From Bacillota bacterium (GTDB lineage: Bacteria > Bacillota > Sulfobacillia > JAIMAT01): DNA of 64,000 nt. The position numbers and the translations under genes are program-made. Shown here piece after piece: positions 9,349-18,352 of the stretch. Below the pieces are notes generated by a model. It searched no databases and was not told where the DNA came from. It was given only the letters and a program-made list of their open reading frames with translations. Position 1 is the stretch's first letter. Each line of letters begins with the position of its first letter. The stretch covers positions 55,741 through 119,740 of the forward strand of contig JASBVM010000012.1 of NCBI GenBank assembly GCA_029961055.1, read 5' to 3'.

Positions 9349-9741
9349 GTGTCCGAGCGGAAGGCCGCGCCGGTGGCGGAGGACGCGGGGACAGGGAAGG
9401 CGGTCGATCTCGAGCTCCTGATCAGCTGGGTCCTCCGGGCTGGGGTCCTGCTGAGCGCCGTGATCATGCTGGTCGGTCTCGTCCTCGTCCTGGTCCATCC
9501 CGCGGGGCTCCCTCTGGCACGCCCCGCCGGCTTCGCGCAGGTCTTCCTCGGCCTGGCCCGGGGAAACCCGCTGGCCGTCATCGACCTGGGCATCCTGATC
9601 CTGGTCCTCACCCCCATCGCGCGCGTGCTCCTCTCCGTCCTGATCTTCCTCCGCGAGCGCGACCTGACCTACACCGCGATCACCCTGTTCGTGCTGCTGG
9701 TCCTGATCATCAGCTTCCTGCTGGGCAAGGCGGGGGGGTAG
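9349..9741 (+). CDS. DUF1634 family membrane protein (frequent partner of DUF81)
   Basis: 130-aa protein with two TM segments; GTG start 4 nt after the DUF81 stop. Confidence 0.65.
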   Translation: MSERKAAPVAEDAGTGKAVDLELLISWVLRAGVLLSAVIMLVGLVLVLVHPAGLPLARPAGFAQVFLGLARGNPLAVIDLGILILVLTPIARVLLSVLIFLRERDLTYTAITLFVLLVLIISFLLGKAGG

Positions 9742-9795
9742 GGACCGGCGGGCGCGCCTGCCCGCCCGGCCGTCGGTCGGCCGGTGGCAGGCGAT

Positions 9796-10224
9796 TCAGA
9801 TGGCGGGAGCCGCGAGGGCCGCGCGCAGGCGCTCGCCCAGCTCGGGGTCGATGCGGTGGAGACGCTTGCCGGCCCAGACGTTGAGGCCGTCGCCGGTCTG
9901 CCGGGGCAGCACGTGCAGGTGGAAGTGGAAGACCGTCTGCTGGGCGGCCCGGCCGTTGGAGTTGAGAAGGTTGACGCCGCCGGCGCCCAGCACCTGCCGC
10001 TGGGCCAGGGCCACGCGCCGCGCGAGGCGGGCGATCTCGGCGATCTCTTCTTCCTCCAGGTCGAAGAGATCGCGGGCGTGGCGGCGGCTCATCACCAGGG
10101 CGTGTCCGAGAGCGGCGGGGTAGGCGTCGAGGATGACCAGGGCCCGTTCGCTCTCCAGCAGGCGGAAGGCGGGTGCACGGCCCGTCACGATCCGGCAGAA
10201 GATGCACTCGTCTGCGAGCTCCAT
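9796..10224 (-). CDS. HIT (histidine triad) family protein
   Basis: CIFCRI..G near the N-terminus; HFHLHVLPR histidine-triad motif. Confidence 0.85.
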   Translation of the reverse strand: MELADECIFCRIVTGRAPAFRLLESERALVILDAYPAALGHALVMSRRHARDLFDLEEEEIAEIARLARRVALAQRQVLGAGGVNLLNSNGRAAQQTVFHFHLHVLPRQTGDGLNVWAGKRLHRIDPELGERLRAALAAPAI

Positions 10225-10291
10225 GCGACAGGCTCCACCTCCGGCGGTCCGGGGCCGTCCACCCGCTTCCGGGAAGCGTCCGGGCGTCGCC

Positions 10292-10567
10292 TCAGGACTC
10301 CTCGATGATGGCCAGGACGTCCGAACGGCTCAGGATCAGGTGCGTCTCCCCGTCCAGCTTGATCTCGTTTCCGCCGTACCGCGCATAGAGAACGCGGTCG
10401 CCGGCCTTGAAGATCTTCTGCAGCTCCTCGTCGGTTCCCACGGCCAGCACTTCGCCCTCCTGGGGCTTCTCCCTCGCGGTGTCGGGCAGGTAGAGCCCCG
10501 AGGCGGTCTTCTCCTCCTCGTGCAGGGGCCGGACCAGGAGCCGGTCGTCGATGGGCTTGATCTTCAT
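10292..10567 (-). CDS. groES: Co-chaperonin GroES (10 kDa)
   Basis: MKIKPIDDRLLVRP...EKTASGLYLPDTAREKPQEGEVLAVG...YGGNEIKLDGETHLILSRSDVLAII matches GroES end to end. No groEL follows it. Confidence 0.85.
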   Translation of the reverse strand: MKIKPIDDRLLVRPLHEEEKTASGLYLPDTAREKPQEGEVLAVGTDEELQKIFKAGDRVLYARYGGNEIKLDGETHLILSRSDVLAIIEES

Positions 10568-10658
10568 CCCTTTCGCCTCCTTCGGCTTCGCATGGACAGC
10601 TGCAATGGGTTCCCACCGGACCCCGCCGGATGCGCCGGCTCCTCCGCAGGGCGGCTCC

Positions 10659-10901
10659 CTACTCGCGGAGCCCCAAAGCGCGGACGAGGCGGGCGCGATC
10701 GAAGCCGACGATGATCTGGCCGTTGACGTCGATGACCGGAACGCCCATCTGACCCGACTTGCGGACCACCTCGCGCGCCGCGGCAGGGTTCCGCGAGACG
10801 TCGATCTCCCGGTAGGGGACCTTCCGATCGGCCAGAAAGCGCTTGGTGGCGCGGCAGTACGGGCAGCTGGGCGTGGTGTAGACCAGAACCGCCACCCCCA
10901 T
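10659..10901 (-). CDS. Glutaredoxin-like protein (NrdH/Grx family, CPYC active site)
   Basis: VLVYTTPSCPYCRATKRFL ... GQMGVPVIDVNGQIIVGFD; GGAGG RBS. Confidence 0.75.
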   Translation of the reverse strand: MGVAVLVYTTPSCPYCRATKRFLADRKVPYREIDVSRNPAAAREVVRKSGQMGVPVIDVNGQIIVGFDRARLVRALGLRE

Positions 10902-11061
10902 CCCTCCTGCACCAGCGAGATTGGCTGCTCGCCTGGCCCTACGGGGCCAGGCAGCCAGCGTCCGCACGCCAGTATACCCACCCGGGTACCAGCAGCCAAG
11001 AGGCCGGCCGGCGTCCGGCCCTCCACCGGCTCGACCCTCGGGCGGCCTGCCCGGCGCAGGC

Positions 11062-11499
11062 TCATCCGGCCGCCTTGCCGCGGCTGTACTGGATGGCCCA
11101 GACCAGGAGCCCGATGAACAGGATGTTGAGCGCGTACTCCGCCATCCCCTGGCGGAAGGCCGAGTCGCTCACCCGCCCCGGCAGGCTCTCCACGGTCAGG
11201 ACCAGGATCCGCCGGACGCTGGCGATGAGCGCGACCACCAGCAGCGGCTGGAAGTCCAGCACGTGCGTGCGGATGAAGACGACCACGGTGTGGAGCAGCT
11301 CGAGAAGCATCATCACCACCAGGAGCGGGTCGAGCACGCGGGCGACATCCGCGGTACCCCCCGCCCCCAGGAGCAGGCGGATCGCACTGACCAGCGCGGA
11401 GACCGCGAGGGCGACCAGCATGACGGCGACCGCCAGGTAGAGAGCGTCCTCGATCCAGTCCAGGAGGCGGACCCAGCCCCGTTCTTTCCCGCCCGGCAT
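11062..11499 (-). CDS. psiE: PsiE-family (phosphate-starvation-inducible E) membrane protein
   Basis: 145-aa four-TM protein with a PsiE-like profile; GAGGAGGA RBS. Its start is 1 nt after the MarR stop, suggesting an operon. Confidence 0.6.
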   Translation of the reverse strand: MPGGKERGWVRLLDWIEDALYLAVAVMLVALAVSALVSAIRLLLGAGGTADVARVLDPLLVVMMLLELLHTVVVFIRTHVLDFQPLLVVALIASVRRILVLTVESLPGRVSDSAFRQGMAEYALNILFIGLLVWAIQYSRGKAAG

Positions 11500-11500
11500 C

Positions 11501-12103
11501 CTACCGATCCTCCTCTGTCACGGCTCGTGCCCCCCCGCGCTCTGCAACCCCGCGGTGCAAACCGGGAGCGGCGTGGACCCGGTCCTCGCTCTCTCCCCCT
11601 CCGCCCTCCGGTACCTCCTTCGCCGGCCCCTCGGACCTCTCCGTCCGCTCCGCCCTCTCCGCCTGTTCGACGACCCGCTCCAGCAGAAGGGCCAGCTGTT
11701 CTTGCTCGGCCTCGCTCAAAGGCTCCAGGAGAAGTTCCAGCGACTGGAACAGGCGATCGCGCCAGGCCTGCACCTGGCCGAACCCGCGGGGTGTCAGGCG
11801 CACCTTGACGACCCGTTCGTCGCCCGTCTGCCGCTCGCGCCGGACGAAGCCACACCGCTCCAGCCGCTTGCAGGCCACGGTGACCGAACTCGGGCTGATG
11901 CCGAGCTGCGCCGCCAGCTCGCCGATGGACGTCGGACCGGACCTCTCCAGGTGCCGCAGCAGCCAATACTGCTCCGGCGTCATCTCACCGCGGCGCACGG
12001 GATGCGTGCGGCGGCGGAGAAGGCGCCAGAGCGCGATGAACGCATGGACGAACCTCTCGCTGGCCGTGGCCCCCGCCCCCTGTCCGGATTGTAGACGATG
12101 CAC
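11501..12103 (-). CDS. MarR family transcriptional regulator
   Basis: ERFVHAFIALWRLL..LTPEQYWLLRHLERSGPTSIGELAAQLGISPSSVTVACKRLERCGFVRRE winged-helix. Start taken as GTG 12103; the alternative ATG 12178 overlaps the divergent -10 box. Confidence 0.7.
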   Translation of the reverse strand: MHRLQSGQGAGATASERFVHAFIALWRLLRRRTHPVRRGEMTPEQYWLLRHLERSGPTSIGELAAQLGISPSSVTVACKRLERCGFVRRERQTGDERVVKVRLTPRGFGQVQAWRDRLFQSLELLLEPLSEAEQEQLALLLERVVEQAERAERTERSEGPAKEVPEGGGGESEDRVHAAPGLHRGVAERGGARAVTEEDR

Positions 12104-12144
12104 GCCCCGTCGTTCCGTGACGGAACGTGGCGTCCCGCTTCGGG

Positions 12145-12173
12145 TTGCACGGGGCGGGGGTCCAGGGTATATT
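12145..12173 (+). promoter_or_regulatory. Sigma-A type promoter for yceI-like gene (TTGCAC-17 nt-TATATT)
   Basis: Near-consensus -35/-10 with 17-nt spacer about 40 nt upstream of the ATG at 12215, in the divergent marR/yceI intergenic region. Confidence 0.45.
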
Positions 12174-12214
12174 TTCATAGTCGTCGAAATACCTGTGCCA
12201 AGGGAGGCTTGGGG

Positions 12215-12784
12215 ATGTCGGTCGGTCAAGCTGCTGAGGAGACGAGCCGGAGCGGCACCGTCTGGAAGGTGGACCCAGTCCACACCACGGTGGAGTTCTC
12301 CGTCCGCCACATGATGATCGCCACGGTGCGCGGCCAGTTCACGCAGGTCGCCGGCGAGCTGCGCGGGGACCCGGACAACCTGCCGGGCTGCCAGATCGAG
12401 GGGGTCATCCAGGCGGCCTCCGTCGATACACGCGAACCCAACCGGGACGCGGACCTCCGGTCCGCCAACTTCTTCGACGTCGAGCGCTACCCGGAGATCC
12501 GCTTCGAGAGCCGGAGCATCACATCCCGCGGCGGGGGAGACGAGTACGAGGTCCTCGGCGACCTGACCATGCACGGCGTCACCCACCCCGTCACCCTTAC
12601 CCTCACCCTCGAAGGTCAGATTCGGGACCCCTACGGCCACCAGCGCGTCGGCTTCACCCTGGAAGGCTCGCTCAACCGGAAGGATTGGGGCCTCAACTGG
12701 AACGTGGTGCTGGAAGCCGGCGGAGTGATGGTCAGCGACCAGGTGAAGATCGTCGTCCACGTCGAGGCGGTCCGGCAGGACTGA
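12215..12784 (+). CDS. YceI family (polyisoprenoid-binding) protein
   Basis: WKVDPVHTTVEFSVRHMMIATVRGQF...DVERYPEI.F....G.L..HGVT.PV is the YceI signature; AGGGAGG RBS. Confidence 0.85.
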   Translation: MSVGQAAEETSRSGTVWKVDPVHTTVEFSVRHMMIATVRGQFTQVAGELRGDPDNLPGCQIEGVIQAASVDTREPNRDADLRSANFFDVERYPEIRFESRSITSRGGGDEYEVLGDLTMHGVTHPVTLTLTLEGQIRDPYGHQRVGFTLEGSLNRKDWGLNWNVVLEAGGVMVSDQVKIVVHVEAVRQD

Positions 12785-12945
12785 GCCCCCTGACAGCGGC
12801 CGACTGCTCGCTGCCCGGTACCGGTACCATCGCGGGCCGGGCGGCGAGCCGGCCGCCGGCCTTCCCGCTTCTCGCTCCCCGATATTCCCTTTCACGCGAT
12901 TGCCGCCTATGATCATGACGAGAACCCAGAAGGGAGGGCGGCTCC

Positions 12946-13320
12946 GTGAAGCGGATCCGGGTTGAGATCGTGGGGCTTCTTCCGGAATTCTTCAACATGT
13001 GCGCCGCCTGCCAGGGGATGGACGTCCTCCAGGTGGCCCGGCTGGATTACGCCCGCGACCAGTTGGGCGACTACCCGCCCGAGGTGGCGGAGGAGCAGCA
13101 ACGGGCGGTGGAGGTGGTCCATGCGCTGGTGACCGAGTTCGGCTCCGCCGTCGAGCCGGTCACCGTGGATGCCTACTCGCCCCAAGGGCTCTGGCTCACC
13201 CTCCGGCACCGGATCGGCAGGGGCCCGGCCCTGATCGTGGCGGGTCGCCACGTCGTCCGCCAGCTCTCGCCGACGGCGGCCTGCGAGGCGGTGAGGGAGG
13301 AGCTGCGGGCCTCGGCCTGA
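12946..13320 (+). CDS. Small CxxC protein, possibly YuzD-like (DUF1462, thioredoxin fold)
   Basis: VEIVGLLPEFFNMCAACQG ... GPALIVAGRHV resembles the YuzD pattern (VELxVYGAExICASCVN ... IVAEG). GTG start with GAAGGGAGG RBS. Confidence 0.4.
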   Translation: MKRIRVEIVGLLPEFFNMCAACQGMDVLQVARLDYARDQLGDYPPEVAEEQQRAVEVVHALVTEFGSAVEPVTVDAYSPQGLWLTLRHRIGRGPALIVAGRHVVRQLSPTAACEAVREELRASA

Positions 13321-13484
13321 ACCCGCCCAGCCTGTCCCAGGTTTTCCGGCGGTCGTCCGCGTCGTCGTTTCCCTTTGAGTCGGCCCCTTCGCCCCAATAG
13401 AAGGATTTCGTTCTTCGCCGGTCGAATCCACGTTTCACAGCGCCGCCGGTCACGGCGGTGACGCTTCCTCGGGGAGGGAGAGCT

Positions 13485-15209
13485 GTGACGACGCCGTTCT
13501 GGTTCGTGGTGGCGGCCCTGGTCTTCTACGCCATCGCCTACCTGGTCTACGGCCGCTGGTACGATCGGACGGTCTGGAGACCGGACCCGAAGCGGACCAC
13601 GCCGGCCCACATGTACATGGATGGCGTGGAGTTCTTCCCGGCGAGCCGCTATGTGCTCTGGGGGTACCAGTTCAAGAGCGTCGCCGCCCTGGGACCGATC
13701 CTGGGCCCCTTCATCGCTCTCCAGTATGGCTGGCTTCCCGCCTTGATCTGGATCATCTTGGGCAACTTCTTCATCGGGTGGCTTCAGGACTACGGGGCCA
13801 TCATGGTCTCGGTGCGGAACAACGGACGCTCCTTCGGCCCCATCGCGTACGAGTTCACGGGCGCCAGCGGGCGCAGCACCCTGCTCGGTTTCATCCTGTT
13901 CTACCTGCAGATGATCTCCGCCACCTTCGTCTTCTTCATCGCCCAGTTCTGGAACTCGCTCCCCGGCACCTTCGCGGCCACCGTAGGGGTCATCATCACG
14001 GCGGTCATCGTCGGCCAGCTGATGTACAAGGTTCGCCTCAACGTGGGGTTGACCACGTTGATCGGTCTCGTCCTGGTCGCTCTCTCCGTGGTCGCCGGGG
14101 TCTACCTCCGGACCCCCACCGATCCCTTCGGCGCCTGGTCGATCCCGTTCTGGGCGGCCCTGGTCGGCGTCTTCCTCTTCGTCGCGTCGGTGGTACCGCT
14201 GCCCTCGCTGATCCAGCCGATGAACTTCATCAGCTTCTTCCCCACCTTCCTCGCGGTGCTGCTGATCATCGTCGGCGGGCTGCTCTCGCCGGTCTTCCAC
14301 GTCCCCCTGCAGCAGCCGGCCTGGAAGGGCTTCTGGTCGCCGAACACCGGGCCGCTCTGGCCCATGATGTTCCTGGCCATCGCCTGCGGCGCCATCTCCG
14401 GCTGGCACAGCCTGGTGGGCAGCTCCACCACGGCCAAGCAGCTGGACCTGGAGACCGACGCGCACCCCGTGGGCGCGGGCGCCATGCTGTCGGAGGGCCT
14501 GGTGGCGCTCGCCTCGCTGGCCGCCTACATGGTGCTGGCACCCGGCGAGATCACCAAGAACACCACCGCCTGGGTCGCGGGAGCGATCCGCCTGACGGAA
14601 GGCTTTCTCGGCGGACCGGGAGCGGCCGCCTTCCTGGCCACTTTCTTCGGCGTCTCGCTGGTGCTCTACGCCATCACGGTCCAGTCGCTGGTCACCCGCT
14701 TCTGGCGCCTCATCTCCGCCGAGGTCGCCGGCCAGGGGCGCTTCGCCGTGCTCGGCCAGAAGCACGTGGCCACCTTCCTCGGCATCCTGATCGCCTGGCT
14801 CTTCGCCGTCTCGGGCTCGTGGAACAACCTCTGGCTCTACTTCGGCGGCTCCAACCAGCTGCTGGCCGGCTTGGCGCTGATGCTGGTCTCCATCCACCTG
14901 GCCAGGGCGCGGAGCCAGACCGGCTGGACCTTCTGGCCGGCCATGTTCATGATCGTCACCACCATCTTGGGCCTCGCCTACCAGACCTACATCTTCGCGA
15001 AGGCGGTCTACACGGGGAAGACGCTGGTCCAGCCGCCCCTGGGCAACATCGCTTGGGCGGCACACACCCTGGACGGCATCTTCACCGTGGTGGGCGTGGT
15101 GCTGATCGTCCTCGGCGTCCGCATGGCCATCATGACGCTCCGCTCGTACTTCGCAGCGCGGGCACGCCCGGTCTCCATGGTGGGCGAGTCGGCCAGCCCG
15201 GCGCGCTGA
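13485..15209 (+). CDS. cstA: Carbon starvation protein A (peptide/pyruvate transporter CstA family)
   Basis: 575-aa polytopic protein with the full-length CstA pattern (WGYQFKS..LGPI.GP..A.Q.GWLPA..WI..G); GTG start after GGGAGGGAG. Confidence 0.9.
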   Translation: MTTPFWFVVAALVFYAIAYLVYGRWYDRTVWRPDPKRTTPAHMYMDGVEFFPASRYVLWGYQFKSVAALGPILGPFIALQYGWLPALIWIILGNFFIGWLQDYGAIMVSVRNNGRSFGPIAYEFTGASGRSTLLGFILFYLQMISATFVFFIAQFWNSLPGTFAATVGVIITAVIVGQLMYKVRLNVGLTTLIGLVLVALSVVAGVYLRTPTDPFGAWSIPFWAALVGVFLFVASVVPLPSLIQPMNFISFFPTFLAVLLIIVGGLLSPVFHVPLQQPAWKGFWSPNTGPLWPMMFLAIACGAISGWHSLVGSSTTAKQLDLETDAHPVGAGAMLSEGLVALASLAAYMVLAPGEITKNTTAWVAGAIRLTEGFLGGPGAAAFLATFFGVSLVLYAITVQSLVTRFWRLISAEVAGQGRFAVLGQKHVATFLGILIAWLFAVSGSWNNLWLYFGGSNQLLAGLALMLVSIHLARARSQTGWTFWPAMFMIVTTILGLAYQTYIFAKAVYTGKTLVQPPLGNIAWAAHTLDGIFTVVGVVLIVLGVRMAIMTLRSYFAARARPVSMVGESASPAR

Positions 15210-15243
15210 ACGGCAGGCAGGCAGTCGGCCAGAAACCGGCGCC

Positions 15244-15266
15244 GGGCAGGGCGCAGTGCCCTGCCC
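15244..15266 (+). terminator. Stem-loop GGGCAGGGC-gcagt-GCCCTGCCC downstream of cstA (GC-rich terminator without a clear U-tract)
   Basis: Perfect 9-bp inverted repeat 35 nt after the cstA stop. Confidence 0.35.
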
Positions 15267-15298
15267 TGGCGCCACTTCAGGGGACGAGGTGAGGGAGA

Positions 15299-15610
15299 TT
15301 GCTCTGGCGACGGAAGAAGACCGAAAAGGAGAACCCTTCCCAGGCTGAGGGCACGGAGAAGCAGGGCTTGGGAACGGCGATGAAGGACGTCCTCTACGGC
15401 ATGGCCTCCCACGGGAACGTGACCGCGGCACTCCGGACGCGCATGTACATGGAGCACCTCTTCATGTTCATCACCCTGGGCGACATGCTGGGCATCCCCG
15501 TTCTGCCGCCCTACTACTCGCTCCGGATCCTCCCGTACGCGGTGCCCAACATCGAGTCCTGGAAGCAGCGGGTCTTCCGCGAGCGCGACTTCACCGACGC
15601 GCTCTACTAG
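15299..15610 (+). CDS. Small protein of an unrecognised family (paralog of 18908-19270), first gene of the ArsA-pair operon
   Basis: TTG start after GAGGTGAGGGAG RBS; high GC3. The C-terminal half MEHLFMFITLGDMLGIPVLPPYYSLRILPYAVPNIESWKQRVFRERDF aligns with DLIRLMIFGEFLGLPLMNASVGLRLLPYALEGLPGWRERLSQEFDI of the minus-strand paralog. Confidence 0.5.
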   Translation: MLWRRKKTEKENPSQAEGTEKQGLGTAMKDVLYGMASHGNVTAALRTRMYMEHLFMFITLGDMLGIPVLPPYYSLRILPYAVPNIESWKQRVFRERDFTDALY

Positions 15611-15663
15611 CCGGATCGCAACGTCCAGCGTCCGGCGAGATGAGATCACCGGAGGTGAACCCC

Positions 15664-16662
15664 TTGAAGCCGGCTGGGCTCAAAGCCTACTTCGACGCAC
15701 ACCCCGAGATCCGCGTCGCCATCTTCGCCGGCAAGGGCGGGCTGGGAAAGACGACGTCCAGTTCCTCCCTCGCCTACTACCTGGCCACCGAGAAGAAACG
15801 GAAGACGCTTCTCTTCAGCACCGACCCCCAGGCCTCGCTGTCGGACATCTTCGAGCAGAACTTCTTCGGCAAGGGCGTCATCGAGGTGATCCCCAACCTC
15901 TTCGTGGTCGAGATCGACGCCGACCGTCGGGTGGCCGAGTACCAGGCCGGCGTCAAGCAGAAGATCCGCGACATGTACGGCCTGGCGGAACTGCCCCGGG
16001 AGATCGAGGAGTACATCGACTCCTCCTCCGCCGAGCCGTCCATGTACGAATCGGCCACCTACGACGCCATGGCCGAGCTGGTGGCGGCCAACGAGTTCGA
16101 CATGTACATCTTCGACATGCCGCCCTTCGGTCACGGCGTGCGCATGGTCGCCATGGCCGAGATCCTCTCCAAGTGGGTGGAGAAGATCACCGAGGCACGC
16201 AGCCAGGTGGCGGAGTATGAGCAGGTCGCCGCCTCGCTCAAGGGCGAGCGCGCGCAGGAAGATGCCATGATGGCCGAGCTGCTCGACATCCGCCAGCGGA
16301 TCACCACCTTCACCGACCTGATCACCAACCAGACCAGCACCGGTTTCTTCATGGTGCTGATCCCGGAACAGATGGCGATCCTGGATACCGACCGGGCCCT
16401 GGCCATGTTCTCCGAGCTGGGCATCCAGCTCTCCGGCCTGATCGTCAACCAGGTCTACCCGCCCGAGCTGCTGGAGCAGCCCAACCTGAGCGAGTTCCTG
16501 CGCAACCGCCTGGAGGGCCAGCGTCCCTACCTCCAGGAGATCGAGCGCAAGTTCGGCGAGAGGGTTCTCTCCGTGGTACCGATGTACACCCGTGAGCCGA
16601 AGGGGCTGGAGATGATCGCGCGGGCCAGCGCCGACCTGATGGAGTGCAAGGTGGCTGTCTAG
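15664..16662 (+). CDS. ArsA/GET3-family anion-transporting-type ATPase, half-size (one nucleotide-binding domain), copy 1
   Basis: P-loop AGKGGLGKTT and DMPPFGHG (DTAPTGHT-like switch II). TTG 15664 preferred (GGAGG 8 nt upstream; N-terminus then aligns with copy 2); ATG 15640 is the alternative. Confidence 0.85.
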   Translation: MKPAGLKAYFDAHPEIRVAIFAGKGGLGKTTSSSSLAYYLATEKKRKTLLFSTDPQASLSDIFEQNFFGKGVIEVIPNLFVVEIDADRRVAEYQAGVKQKIRDMYGLAELPREIEEYIDSSSAEPSMYESATYDAMAELVAANEFDMYIFDMPPFGHGVRMVAMAEILSKWVEKITEARSQVAEYEQVAASLKGERAQEDAMMAELLDIRQRITTFTDLITNQTSTGFFMVLIPEQMAILDTDRALAMFSELGIQLSGLIVNQVYPPELLEQPNLSEFLRNRLEGQRPYLQEIERKFGERVLSVVPMYTREPKGLEMIARASADLMECKVAV

Positions 16663-16720
16663 ACGACCCGGGCGGATGCGCTCCCGCGCCCGACCCAGGA
16701 AGGGAGGACGATCCCCGACC

Positions 16721-17746
16721 ATGCAGAGCCTGAGCGAGTTCCTCGAGGAGCATCCCAACCTGCGCTTCGTCTTCACCGGCGGGAAGGGCGGGGTCGGCAA
16801 GACCGTCAGCGCCGCCGTCCTGGCCTACCACTTCGCCCGGCAGGGCAAGCGGACGCTGCTGGCCTCGCTCAACCCCGTCCACTCCCTCTCCAGCCTCTTC
16901 GGCCAGGACCTCTCCGGCGGCCAGGTGCGGCCGGTCCAGGGAGTCGACAACCTCTTCGCCATCGAGGTGAACACCGAGGACGCGGTCCAGCGCTACCGCG
17001 ACAGCGTCAGCACCCGCATCCGGGAGTTCCTGCGCTACGCCGACATCCCGGTGGACGCCCGTCCCTTCATCGACATCGCCATGACCAACCCGGCCTTCGA
17101 GGAGTCGGCGATGTTCGACAAGATGACCGACATGATGCTGATGCAGTCCGGCGAGTACGACCGCATCGTCTTCGACACGGCCGCCGTCGCCAACGCCGTC
17201 CGGCTGATCGGCCTCTCCAAGATCTACGGCCTCTGGCTGGGGCGGCTGATCGAAAGCAGGAAGGAGGCGCTCTCGCTGCGCGTCCAGCTCTCCTTCCGCA
17301 AGGAGAAGGTGATGGAAGAGGTCCGGCAGGATCCGATGATGGCCGACCTGATCGGCATGAACGACCGCTTCGAGAGGGTGAAGGGGCTCCTGGTCGATCC
17401 GGAGACCACCGCCTTCTTCTTCGTCACGCTGCCGCTCTCGCTGCCCATCTCGGTGGTCAAGCGCTTCATCGAGATGGTGCGCGCCTACGACATCCCGGTG
17501 GGTGGCGTGATCGTCAACGAGGTGATCACCCGCGACGCGCTCGGCGAGGAGCCGGACGAGTACCTGCGCAACAAGTTCGCCGAGCAGGGGAGCTACCTGC
17601 AGACCATCCAGGCCGACCTCGGCCCGCTGGTCCGCACCTACCTGCCGCTCTACCCGCGCGAGGTGGTCGGCCTGGAGGCGGTCGACCGGGTGGCCGAGGA
17701 CATGTTCCGGCCCAGCCAGGACCTGGCCGCCGAGCTGCCCGCCTGA
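16721..17746 (+). CDS. ArsA/GET3-family ATPase, half-size, copy 2 (degenerate switch II)
   Basis: P-loop GGKGGVGKT is intact, but the DTAPTGH position reads DTAAVANA. GGAAGGGAGGA RBS; 58 nt after copy 1. Confidence 0.85.
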   Translation: MQSLSEFLEEHPNLRFVFTGGKGGVGKTVSAAVLAYHFARQGKRTLLASLNPVHSLSSLFGQDLSGGQVRPVQGVDNLFAIEVNTEDAVQRYRDSVSTRIREFLRYADIPVDARPFIDIAMTNPAFEESAMFDKMTDMMLMQSGEYDRIVFDTAAVANAVRLIGLSKIYGLWLGRLIESRKEALSLRVQLSFRKEKVMEEVRQDPMMADLIGMNDRFERVKGLLVDPETTAFFFVTLPLSLPISVVKRFIEMVRAYDIPVGGVIVNEVITRDALGEEPDEYLRNKFAEQGSYLQTIQADLGPLVRTYLPLYPREVVGLEAVDRVAEDMFRPSQDLAAELPA

Positions 17747-17783
17747 GGGCCGGCCGGTCTCCTCCACCGCGCGGAGGCGAGCG

Positions 17784-18266
17784 ATGGGCGAGCACCTGAT
17801 TGCCGCGCACAACCTGATCCTGGGCACCGTCAACTTCCTGGTGCTCAGCCTGCCGGAGGGGTGGGGGCTGAGCGACCCGGGAGGTCCTCCCGAGGTGGAG
17901 TCGCGGGTCCTGCGCGACGGCGTCTCCTGGGCCCGGGACGGCCAGGCCGCCTACCTCCTCCGGCTCGCCGACGGCCGCCTGGCCCGTCTCGACCTCCGCG
18001 CCGGTCCGGCGACTCCTCCCGTCCCGAGCGGCTTCCGCCCCGAGCGGCCGGTCGCGGAGGTCCCTGTGGGCGGCCACCCCGCCCGCGCCGAGTCGGGGCG
18101 GGCGCGCCCCTTCCTGGGACGGTTCGGCCGGGCCCGGCCGGTCCTGACGCTGGCCTTCCGCTGCCCCGAGACCGACCGGGGGCTGCGGCTCTCCGTCTGG
18201 GGGGAGCTGCGGCCCGAGGAGCGGGAGGAGCTCCTGCAGAGCCTGGCTGCCGTCGCCTGCCACTGA
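17784..18266 (+). CDS. Hypothetical protein (160 aa), last gene of the ArsA-pair operon
   Basis: High GC3 coding signal; hydrophobic N-terminal segment AHNLILGTVNFLVLSL; no recognised domain. Confidence 0.45.
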   Translation: MGEHLIAAHNLILGTVNFLVLSLPEGWGLSDPGGPPEVESRVLRDGVSWARDGQAAYLLRLADGRLARLDLRAGPATPPVPSGFRPERPVAEVPVGGHPARAESGRARPFLGRFGRARPVLTLAFRCPETDRGLRLSVWGELRPEEREELLQSLAAVACH

Positions 18267-18309
18267 CACCGCCCACCGCCGGACGGCACCTCCCGGCCCT
18301 GAGCAGAGC

Positions 18310-18335
18310 GGCCCCCGGGGCGCTTCCCGGGGGCC
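18310..18335. terminator. Bidirectional stem-loop GGCCCCCGGG-gcgctt-CCCGGGGGCC between convergent operons
   Basis: Perfect 10-bp stem between the 17784-18266 (+) and 18353-18859 (-) gene ends. Confidence 0.4.
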
Positions 18336-18352
18336 GTGCGCTTCCGCCCGTC

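Noticed and set aside
13405-13425. tRNA T-loop-like string GGTCGAATCC upstream of cstA
   Set aside because: No acceptor, D or anticodon stems can be formed around it. Not a tRNA.
13173-15431. 752-aa minus-strand ORF
   Set aside because: Antisense to cstA; R/G/D/E low-complexity product typical of GC-rich antisense frames.
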